DNA from: Candidatus Poribacteria bacterium
GTDB taxonomy: Bacteria > Poribacteria > WGA-4E > WGA-3G
Assembly (NCBI GenBank): GCA_965215265.1
Contig: OZ244048.1
Span: forward strand, 3,296,001-3,360,000
Length of the DNA: 64,000 bases
Direction of reading: 5' to 3'
Numbering within the stretch: the first letter of the stretch is position 1; every line of letters starts with the position of its first letter. The notes beneath the pieces were generated by a model. The model did no database searches. It had not been told where the DNA came from and saw only the letters and a program-made list of their open reading frames with translations. This document shows, one piece after another, positions 28,216 to 36,408 of this stretch. The translations under genes and the position numbers were made by a program.

Positions 28216-31119
28216 GTGAACCGTAATAGTGAAGATACTATCACTACCCTTTTCGTTGAAATCTTGATACCCATGAGCTCTACATGGCAAATTGATGAAC
28301 AGATAACGAAACCTTTCATCGAAAATAGGCGCAAACCGGATGCGATTGTCCGCACAATTGAAAAATATCCACTCGCAATTGAGCTCAAAATTGACTTTGC
28401 ACGCGGTGCTAATGAAACCGGGGAGCCGGAGGTGCGCAAATATTACTTGGGCAAAACGCTTGAGGCCACAACGGAACGGGTTATAAATAGCATGGCTGTC
28501 CGTATCCCTTACCGGTTTCGCACGATGCCGAGGCATGAAATTCCTCAAGAATTACAGGCCGCGACAGACATCGCGTATGTACTGCTGAATCTTGAGGAAC
28601 CACACCGATTTCCACAGGAAGGCTGGCTCCAGGGCAGCATCGCCGACATTGCAACTGCTATCCGTATCGGCGCGACACCTATTGCCAAAATTGAGAGAGC
28701 CGCAGAGGTTCTGCAGCAGGGTATCAATAGAGCAGCTGCTATCGTTCACCGTGCGATTCAACAGCGGCCACATATTGCTGAAAAGATAGGTGAACATCTC
28801 GTGCAAGAGCCCGGACAACAAGCTAACCAGATGGCGATGCTCATTATCAGTAACGCCCTCGTTTTTCAGAGCAGCCTCGCACGCAAGCCTGATATGGAAG
28901 CTGTTCCATCCCTCAGTGAACTCACTGCAAGCTACGGAAAACTCGATTCAGACGTGATCTTGCAGGCCTGGCGAGAAATCCAAAGGGTGAACTACGCACC
29001 AATTTTCGACGTTGCCTACAAGCTTGTTGAGACGCTTGCCGCAGACGATCAATTGGTGGGTGAGGTGCTGAGCGTGCTACGAGACACTTCACGCGAATTG
29101 GAGATGATGGGACTTGCCCAGGAACATGAACTTGCTGGCATCGTTTTCCAGCGACTTATCGCCGACCGGAAGATTCTCAAAGCCAACTACACCCGCCCAG
29201 AGTCCTCTGCCTTGCTTTGTGCCCTTGTGCTACCTGAATTGAACAGAGATGCTAAGAAATTGAAAATTGCAGATTTTGCATGTGGTACGGGCACTCTCCT
29301 CAACGGTGTTTATCAACGGCTCCTCATGCTCCACGAGCAGGCGGGGGGTAGCGGTGAAGATATCCATCAATACATGATGGAGCGGAATCTCGTGGGCTGT
29401 GATGTTCTGCCTAACGCCGCGCACCTCACAGCGGCGATTATCGCCAGTACTTATCCTGATGCGAAAATCGGCACCACACGCATCCACACTATGCCGTACG
29501 GTACGCGCCGCGCAGATGGGCTCTACGGTATCGGCGTGCTGAATCTCCTCAGCGATCCGGAAGGGACGCTTCCGTTGCATCTGGGCACAGCCGAAACTAC
29601 CACAGGACACGGCACCAGAACCACAAGTATGCAGCAAGCCTTCCGACATGGCGAATTCGACATCGTTATCCAGAATCCACCGTATACCCGAAGCGGTGCC
29701 GATGGCAACTCCAATATGCCCAAAAGTGTTTTTGGTGATAAACAGGTAGCGGCCGCCATGCGCGAAACCTTACGTGCGCAGCAGCCTCGGCTCACTGGCA
29801 ATAATACCGGGCTCGGTGCCTATTTTGTTGATCTTGCCGACAAGATGCTGAAACGCAACGGTAAGATGGCGTTTGTCCTTCCGCTAACCGTCATAACCGG
29901 AAATAGTTGGTACAAGGTACGAAATTTGTGGGCAGAGGAGTACCGCGATCTTGTTGTCATCACGATTGCCCATGAAAACATTGAGGAGTGCACGTTTTCA
30001 GCGGATACTGCCCTGGCAGAGTGCCTCGTTGTTGCAACAAAAGGGAAAGGAGAAACCACGGGCCGAGGAACGTTCGTTTGTCTCAAGCGCTGCCCTCACG
30101 GTGAGTTGGAAGCACTCGAAATAGCCAAGCAAATTCATGAACTGAAGTGTATCCGAAGCCTTGAAGATAATCTACTCACCGGGGGCTCCCCTCTCAAGGT
30201 AGGCGATGAGATTGTAGGACAGGTCATGATGGCATCCCTTTGCGGAAGTAACGCAGGCTGGTCCATCTCACGTGTTAAAGAGATGGCTGTTGTGCAATCG
30301 GCTTACCATCTTGCGAATCAAATAGTACGGCTCCCCCAACAAACCGAAGATATTCGACTTCCTCTACTTCCTGTATCAGAAATCGCAACGTTAGGCATTG
30401 GCACTAAGGATATCATCGGGGGTGGGGGTAGAGGGGCTTTTGACGCTGAAGATGGTTGTTCGGATACCGCAATTTATCCATGTCTGTGGCATTTAGACTC
30501 AAGTCGAGACGGACAGCGGGCAATGGTTGTGCCCCCAAATGCGCATGCACGGCCCCGCCCGAATTCGGTTGAAAAGGTGGAGAAAATAATGCAGTTAAAC
30601 AGTAGGGTTCATTACAACATGGAATTACAGTTTAATGCCAATGCGTTAGGAATAATGTTTACGGAACAGCCCTCTATTGGCGTAAATAAACTCCCGAATG
30701 TTGTCTTTAAGGATAGATGCCACGAATATGCGTGGACGCTGTGGGGCAATTCAACGTTTGGTTTGCTCTGTCACTGGTATCAAAGCAGCAAGCAACAACA
30801 AGGCAGAGGGATCCTGAGTCGTGCCACTTTCAATTCTATGCCCACCCTGGATGTTCGTAAACTCTCTGCTGAGGCCTTAGCGAATGCGGAACAGATTTTC
30901 AATGAACTGAAGCATCAGAGAATGTTACCGTTTAATGAGATGGATGCGGATCCGGTGCGTCACGAGCTCGATCGGTTGTTATTATCCAGGGTCCTCGGCA
31001 TTACCGAGGCGGAACGTCCGGATGTGCATGAGGGGCTCGCGCTGCTACGGAAGATGCTCGTCGAAGAACCGAGCATCCATGGCGGGAAGAAGTCAAAGGT
31101 TAAGCTGGATGAATCTTAG
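28216..31119 (+). CDS. Fused endonuclease / N6-adenine DNA methyltransferase (type IIG-like restriction-modification enzyme)
   Basis: N-terminal KPDA...IELK (PD-(D/E)xK), motif I DFACGTGTLL, motif IV QNPPY, C-terminal TRD-sized region. Confidence 0.82.
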   Translation: MNRNSEDTITTLFVEILIPMSSTWQIDEQITKPFIENRRKPDAIVRTIEKYPLAIELKIDFARGANETGEPEVRKYYLGKTLEATTERVINSMAVRIPYRFRTMPRHEIPQELQAATDIAYVLLNLEEPHRFPQEGWLQGSIADIATAIRIGATPIAKIERAAEVLQQGINRAAAIVHRAIQQRPHIAEKIGEHLVQEPGQQANQMAMLIISNALVFQSSLARKPDMEAVPSLSELTASYGKLDSDVILQAWREIQRVNYAPIFDVAYKLVETLAADDQLVGEVLSVLRDTSRELEMMGLAQEHELAGIVFQRLIADRKILKANYTRPESSALLCALVLPELNRDAKKLKIADFACGTGTLLNGVYQRLLMLHEQAGGSGEDIHQYMMERNLVGCDVLPNAAHLTAAIIASTYPDAKIGTTRIHTMPYGTRRADGLYGIGVLNLLSDPEGTLPLHLGTAETTTGHGTRTTSMQQAFRHGEFDIVIQNPPYTRSGADGNSNMPKSVFGDKQVAAAMRETLRAQQPRLTGNNTGLGAYFVDLADKMLKRNGKMAFVLPLTVITGNSWYKVRNLWAEEYRDLVVITIAHENIEECTFSADTALAECLVVATKGKGETTGRGTFVCLKRCPHGELEALEIAKQIHELKCIRSLEDNLLTGGSPLKVGDEIVGQVMMASLCGSNAGWSISRVKEMAVVQSAYHLANQIVRLPQQTEDIRLPLLPVSEIATLGIGTKDIIGGGGRGAFDAEDGCSDTAIYPCLWHLDSSRDGQRAMVVPPNAHARPRPNSVEKVEKIMQLNSRVHYNMELQFNANALGIMFTEQPSIGVNKLPNVVFKDRCHEYAWTLWGNSTFGLLCHWYQSSKQQQGRGILSRATFNSMPTLDVRKLSAEALANAEQIFNELKHQRMLPFNEMDADPVRHELDRLLLSRVLGITEAERPDVHEGLALLRKMLVEEPSIHGGKKSKVKLDES

Positions 31120-31156
31120 TGCTGCGACGTGTTATATTTGAGGTAATGATATGCGG

Positions 31157-31186
31157 TTGACATCTTTTTATTTGATGTGTTATCAT
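31157..31186 (+). promoter_or_regulatory. Putative sigma70 promoter
   Basis: TTGACA-18 nt-TATCAT upstream of 31228. Confidence 0.5.
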
Positions 31187-31227
31187 TTTTTTATAGGAAT
31201 TGCATCCACAAAAAGAGGTACGGACAG

Positions 31228-31686
31228 ATGCGCGCAATTGTTGAACTATTTATCCGCACCATCCACCTTATAGCCGCAATAATTTGGTTCGGGGGTGTTG
31301 TCTTTTCTACTTTGATTGCGACACCGATCGTGCAGAAAAATTTATCGACACAAAATGTGTTAGCAATTCACAACCGGTTCCGTGGTCTAATTCGGTTTAC
31401 GATTCATATCCTGTTGATTACTGGGGCGATGGTCTTCTTTATTGTAGCGTGGAACAATAACATGCGTTTTGATGCGACTTATATGGTGTTCTTTGTCGCC
31501 AAGCTTGCTGCGTTCGGATTGATGACGCTGTTTTGGGGGTTACACGCTTCACTCTATCGGCGGCAGCTTGAGGGAGTGCTGCCCGGTGGAAAAACAGATT
31601 ATCCGAGACCTATCAACTTATTGAGGGGTTTGACCTTAATTTCTGGCGGAATTGTCTTCGCGCTTTCGTTATATTTGAGAAACTAA
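31228..31686 (+). CDS. Four-TM CopD/HemJ-like membrane protein
   Basis: IHLIAAIIWFGG and VAKL; TAATG coupling to the radical SAM gene. Confidence 0.65.
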   Translation: MRAIVELFIRTIHLIAAIIWFGGVVFSTLIATPIVQKNLSTQNVLAIHNRFRGLIRFTIHILLITGAMVFFIVAWNNNMRFDATYMVFFVAKLAAFGLMTLFWGLHASLYRRQLEGVLPGGKTDYPRPINLLRGLTLISGGIVFALSLYLRN

Positions 31687-32990
31687 TGGAACATCCAAAA
31701 ATTCAGGCGGTTTCATGGAATATTACCCGTCTGTGCAATCTGAAATGTACCCACTGCTATCTGCCTGCGGGGTTTGTGGACACAAATGAGTTCCCGCGGG
31801 GCTATTCCCGGGATGGTGAATTAAGTCAATCAGACTGTTTTCGGGTTATTGATGAGATAGCGGATATTAATCCGAACATTCTTCTGATTCTGACTGGTGG
31901 CGAGCCGTTGCTTCGGCCAGATATTTTGAAAATATCGAAGTATGCCTCTGACACCGGATTTCTCGTTGTGATGGGTACAAACGGTGTTTTACTCAACGAT
32001 AAAATTGTGGAGGAGATGCAGCGGCACGGTGTAACAGGTGCCGGGCTGAGTTTAGACTCTATCCAGCCAACGAACCATGACCGGTTTAGAGGGATGAAGG
32101 GTGCGTGGGATGCGACGATGGAAGGCGTTGAAGCACTCAAGCGTGCCAATCTTGATTTTCTTGTACAAACCTCTGTGACACAGTGGAATTACGACGAAAT
32201 CCCAGAGATTGTTGAATTCGCCTATCAGCTCGGGGCAAAGGTGCTGAACCTCTATTTTCTGGTACGAACCGGACGAGGTAAGACAGTGATGGATATTACC
32301 GCCTCGCAATATGAGAAGATGCTTGAGACGCTTTTTAGGTTGCAGGCGGCGTATAGCGGCAAAATGCTCATTGCAGCGAAATGCGCGCCGCACTATAAAC
32401 GCGTCATCTATGAACAACAATCCGATTCTGCTTTCCTGCAAGGTTACCCGAGCGGCACCTGTCCGTGCGGTATCTACTATTGCCGCATCACACCAGAGGG
32501 TGAATTGACGCCGTGTCCGTATCTACCGGTCAGCGTTGGGAATCTCAAGACAGAGAGTTTTGTCGAGCTATGGAACGAATCGGAGACTTTCCAGAATTTA
32601 CGCAATCGGGAGTTGCTTGAAGGGAAGTGCGGTGTTTGTGAATTCAGAGAGGTATGTGGTGGTTGCCGTGCGCGTGCTTACGCTACCACAGGCAATTATC
32701 TCGCAGCGGATGAATCGTGTGAATATCAACCGGGGCAGCGAGCGGCGCAGCCCGTTCAATTTGAGAAGCGGGCTGCTTTCGGAACAGAGCCCGGCTACGA
32801 TTTGCAGTGGAACGACGCAGCACAGAAACGTTTGAAGCGTGTGCCTTCATTCGCCCGCGGCATGGTGATCAAAAGCGTTGAAAGATATGCACGTGAACAT
32901 GGTTATCAGGAAATAACGCCTGAACTCATGCAAGCTGTGAAAAAACGTTTTGATAAGACCGGCATCCCGTCGTTTAGACCGCGGCGCTAA
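31686..32990 (+). CDS. Radical SAM/SPASM enzyme, AhbD/NirJ-like, with C-terminal PCP_red module
   Basis: WNITRLCNLKCTHCY, LTGGEPLLRPD, SPASM cysteines (CPCG, CPY, CGVC, CGGCRARAY), tail WNDAAQKRLKRVPSFARGMV...ITPELM. Confidence 0.88.
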   Translation: MEHPKIQAVSWNITRLCNLKCTHCYLPAGFVDTNEFPRGYSRDGELSQSDCFRVIDEIADINPNILLILTGGEPLLRPDILKISKYASDTGFLVVMGTNGVLLNDKIVEEMQRHGVTGAGLSLDSIQPTNHDRFRGMKGAWDATMEGVEALKRANLDFLVQTSVTQWNYDEIPEIVEFAYQLGAKVLNLYFLVRTGRGKTVMDITASQYEKMLETLFRLQAAYSGKMLIAAKCAPHYKRVIYEQQSDSAFLQGYPSGTCPCGIYYCRITPEGELTPCPYLPVSVGNLKTESFVELWNESETFQNLRNRELLEGKCGVCEFREVCGGCRARAYATTGNYLAADESCEYQPGQRAAQPVQFEKRAAFGTEPGYDLQWNDAAQKRLKRVPSFARGMVIKSVERYAREHGYQEITPELMQAVKKRFDKTGIPSFRPRR

Positions 32991-33021
32991 TATGTCAGCA
33001 GCTCTTCAAGAGGAGATTCAC

Positions 33022-33741
33022 ATGCTAAGCACAGAACAGGTGAAATTTTTTCAGGAAAATGGATACCTCATTCTTGAAAATTTCATCGATTCAGATATAA
33101 TTGAGGGTTGGAGGGCACAAATCTGGGAGCATTTAAATTCGAATTTGGAGTCCCCGGGTACATGGCCCAAGGATTATGTGGTTCAAAACTTTAGTTTCTC
33201 ACCGGTGTTTGGGCAGGTGCCTGTGATGCAAAAGATTACCGCGCAGCTCGGTGGCGGCGAGTTTAGCGGTGGCGGTGGCTCGCCTTTAGTGAAATGGCCT
33301 AGCGCGGATGAGAGCTGGACAATGCCCCCTGCTGGGCATATCGATGCTTATGGCTCGGCCGGCTGGAGTCCGTTTATGCTAGGGGCGACGACTTACCTCT
33401 ACGATGTGAAACCCGGCGGTGGTGCTTTTATCTATTGGCCCGGGAGCCACAACACCACGCACAAGTATTTCCTTGAATACCCAGAACAGATCGATGGCAG
33501 TTTCACAGAGATTGAGGGATGGGACTGGAATGTCCTTTCGGATTTATCACCGGGGGGGCCGCGCGAGTTTACCGGTGCTGCGGGCGATGTTGTGCTATGG
33601 CATGCTTTTCTCTGCCATACTGGCTCAGTCAACGTCAGGGAAATCCCCCGTTTTGGGGTTTTTGCCCGCTACTCTCATAAACGCCGGGAACAGATTAAAT
33701 ATGAAATACCGGAGGATCTCTGGAAATATTGGAGCGTTTAG
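33022..33741 (+). CDS. Phytanoyl-CoA dioxygenase (PhyH) family protein
   Basis: LSTEQVKFFQENGYL, HID, WPGSH, AGDVVLWH...H. Confidence 0.88.
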   Translation: MLSTEQVKFFQENGYLILENFIDSDIIEGWRAQIWEHLNSNLESPGTWPKDYVVQNFSFSPVFGQVPVMQKITAQLGGGEFSGGGGSPLVKWPSADESWTMPPAGHIDAYGSAGWSPFMLGATTYLYDVKPGGGAFIYWPGSHNTTHKYFLEYPEQIDGSFTEIEGWDWNVLSDLSPGGPREFTGAAGDVVLWHAFLCHTGSVNVREIPRFGVFARYSHKRREQIKYEIPEDLWKYWSV

Positions 33742-33774
33742 CTACTTCCATAAGACGGCTAAAAGGAGGAAAAG

Positions 33775-34194
33775 ATGAGCGAACAGCGTCACGTTCAGGA
33801 ACAGATCTATGAGATAGAGGCACGTTTGAGCCGTGTTGAAAGTCTACTTGTCAGCATCAATGAGAAACTAGAACAAAACCCGTCGGCTTTTTCCACGGAA
33901 GTGGATATCGAACAGGCGGAAGCATTCAGGCAGTGGGTAACTGATTACGTTTCTATGCGTTTACAACAATTGGTGCCTGAGACATGCGATCATCCTATGG
34001 AGAATCCTACACAGGAAGGTCCTTTCCTTGATAATACTACAATTCCTTGTACAGAGGAAGTCGTGCATCGCGTCAAACGCATTCCGATTCCGTTTGTGCG
34101 CGAGATGGTTGTGCAGCGCGTCGCAGAAAATGCACGCCAAGCACAAATTGAAAGGGTTGATATCGATTTCTTTGAGCAAGCTGCCACGTTCTGA
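33775..34194 (+). CDS. Coiled-coil protein with C-terminal degenerate PCP_red-like module
   Basis: AAGGAGG RBS; N-terminal heptad repeat; CTEEVVHRVKRIPIPFVREMVVQRVAENARQAQIERVDIDFFEQA. Confidence 0.7.
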   Translation: MSEQRHVQEQIYEIEARLSRVESLLVSINEKLEQNPSAFSTEVDIEQAEAFRQWVTDYVSMRLQQLVPETCDHPMENPTQEGPFLDNTTIPCTEEVVHRVKRIPIPFVREMVVQRVAENARQAQIERVDIDFFEQAATF

Positions 34195-34350
34195 CAGTGC
34201 AAAGCCACAGAGGAGTTCCCTCTGCCGAATTTTGATTGGAAGGACTTCTTGAAGGCACCGCTATAATGGTTCTAATCATCAACGGGGTTTCCGACTCTAC
34301 GAACGGAAAACAGAATCAACGCCAATTGTTAAAAATGTTAAAAAAGGAAT

Positions 34351-34728
34351 TTGAGTATGGAGTGGGTGTTTACTACCTTCTCAGAGTACCTTGAGAATGA
34401 CTTCAAAAAGCGTGTTGGAACCCCGAATCCGACAGTGGCTGATTTGTGGCAGGCCTTTGAGGTGCTTTTCCCCGCAACCACCGCACGCTTGTTAGTGCAA
34501 GAACCCGTTGGCAACACCGTCCGGTTTAAACCGCTCGCTTTTTACCATGCTGACGAGATGGGCCCCTTAATTGAAACGCCATTAGAGTACCTTAAGCAGA
34601 ATTTCGGCGGCGGCAAATTCAAAATTAACTTCTATCACGGCATGCAGTTTATCGCCACGATTAATTTTAAACCCGAAGGTCCCGAAATTTGGCGAGATTT
34701 ACCCGAATTGGAGGAAAACGAAAACTGA
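34351..34728 (+). CDS. Hypothetical protein
   Basis: 125-aa ORF with AAGGA RBS, coupled (TGATG) to the next gene. Confidence 0.7.
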   Translation: MSMEWVFTTFSEYLENDFKKRVGTPNPTVADLWQAFEVLFPATTARLLVQEPVGNTVRFKPLAFYHADEMGPLIETPLEYLKQNFGGGKFKINFYHGMQFIATINFKPEGPEIWRDLPELEENEN

Positions 34729-35201
34729 TGAGTGAGCAACAGACTTCACGTGCTCCGTCTGCAAGCAGTCTGGTATATCAAAAATGCCCTGGGTGTGGAA
34801 GCACAAGCATACACCGTCTTGCAGAAAATTCATGGTTCTGCCTTGATTGTGACTGGGATACCCTCTCGGCTATACCCACCTCTACTAATGATAGCTTGCT
34901 TGCTTCGCTGCGTTACGGCGATGTCCACGCGCGCCGAATTGCAGCGCAAGCCTTGATTAATATCGGCGATACTGAAAGGCATCTCGCTGCCGATACAGAT
35001 GCTGAGGTGCTTCTTGAGGTTCTTGATGATGATGATGCAGATGTTCGTTACTTCGTTGCTGTGGCACTCGGAAAACTTAAAGCCAGCAGTGGTCTTAAGA
35101 AACTGAGGCAGCTCGTGAAAAATGATACCTCTGCGCTCGTACGAGAGGGTGCACGCGCCGCTATTGAACAAATCGAATCGTGCGGCAAGGAGGCATCTTA
35201 A
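34728..35201 (+). CDS. Zn-ribbon plus HEAT/PBS-lyase repeat protein
   Basis: CPGC...CLDC; RRIAAQALINIG, DVRYFVAVALGKL, VREGARAAI repeats. Confidence 0.8.
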   Translation: MSEQQTSRAPSASSLVYQKCPGCGSTSIHRLAENSWFCLDCDWDTLSAIPTSTNDSLLASLRYGDVHARRIAAQALINIGDTERHLAADTDAEVLLEVLDDDDADVRYFVAVALGKLKASSGLKKLRQLVKNDTSALVREGARAAIEQIESCGKEAS

Positions 35202-35202
35202 G

Positions 35203-36273
35203 ATGGCAAAAGTCAAAATCGGTTACATTGGGTGTGGCTTTATGGCACAAAAGGTCCACATTCCTAATTTTAACAGCATCGCTGACTGCGAACTCGTCGC
35301 CCTCGCAGAGGTCCGTTCTGAGCTGGGTGAGAAAGTCCAAAGGCGTTTCCATATCCCTCATCTTTACGAAAGTCATCTCGAACTTGCCCAAGACAACGAT
35401 ATTGAAGCTGTCGCCGTCTCTGCTGACTTTGCACTCCAAGGCGAAATCGCCAAAGAACTGCTTTTAGCTGGAAAGCACGTTTTCATGGAGAAACCGATGG
35501 CAGTTTCAGTAGAGCAAGCACAAACCATCGTAGATGCATCACGTGAATCGGGCAAAAAACTGATGGTCGGGTACATGAAACGCTACGATGCCGGCAATGA
35601 AATCGTGAAAGAAAAGGTTAAGCACTTCCGGGAATCGGGGGAGCTCGGTCGGTTGACGTATGCCCGAAATCACGGATTCGGAGGGGATTGGGTGTGTAAC
35701 CTTGATACCCCGATGGACACGATTGAGGTGCCTAAACCGAGTGCCCCTGTCAAAACGCCGGATTGGCTGCCTGAGGAGTGGCGTGGGAGTTACATCGGCT
35801 ACCTCCAACAGTATACACATAACATTAATCTCATGCGATGGTTCCTTGAAGCGGCGGACGATGTCCGCGTCAAAGCCGTAGATCTGGATGCCAACGGCTA
35901 CACAGGGATTGTTATCTTTGATATGGCGGGCATCCGGGTTACATTGGAAACCGGACATGTCTCGCACTACCGCTGGGACGAGCACAGCCAACTCTACTTT
36001 GAAAACGGCTGGATTCATACCTGGGCCCCGCCGCTCTTATTGAAAAATACCCCTGCCGAGGTGGAGATTTATCGCGCCGGACAAGAACAAGAAATCTCTC
36101 GCCCTATTCCAAAGCCGGCGTGGACCTGGGCATATCGTCGGGAGGCGGAGTACTTCATAGCGAACCTCCACAATCCTGAACCGTTCCGTTCTTCTGCAGA
36201 GGATACTCTCACGGATGTGAGGCTGTTTGAGGACATCTATCGCATTTTTGTGGCGCAGCAAAATGGGAACTAA
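35203..36273 (+). CDS. Gfo/Idh/MocA family oxidoreductase
   Basis: KIGYIGCG, GKHVFMEKP, VGYMKRYD. Confidence 0.92.
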   Translation: MAKVKIGYIGCGFMAQKVHIPNFNSIADCELVALAEVRSELGEKVQRRFHIPHLYESHLELAQDNDIEAVAVSADFALQGEIAKELLLAGKHVFMEKPMAVSVEQAQTIVDASRESGKKLMVGYMKRYDAGNEIVKEKVKHFRESGELGRLTYARNHGFGGDWVCNLDTPMDTIEVPKPSAPVKTPDWLPEEWRGSYIGYLQQYTHNINLMRWFLEAADDVRVKAVDLDANGYTGIVIFDMAGIRVTLETGHVSHYRWDEHSQLYFENGWIHTWAPPLLLKNTPAEVEIYRAGQEQEISRPIPKPAWTWAYRREAEYFIANLHNPEPFRSSAEDTLTDVRLFEDIYRIFVAQQNGN

Positions 36274-36408
36274 GGGTAAGTGTGAAATAGACGGTACCGA
36301 AGGATATGCCTGCTCTTAATGGGCTTGAGGAACGTATAGATAGGCGTGAATAGAGCACCGGAACGCAGGGCTTACAAATTCACAAGATGTTCGCTGAATC
36401 CTGTATTG

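Noticed and set aside
22937-34194. Chlorophyll synthesis or photosynthesis implied by the PCP_red domains
   Set aside because: Only the small C-terminal module is present. There are no BchN/BchB catalytic domains, and the ATPase has Mrp rather than BchL motifs.
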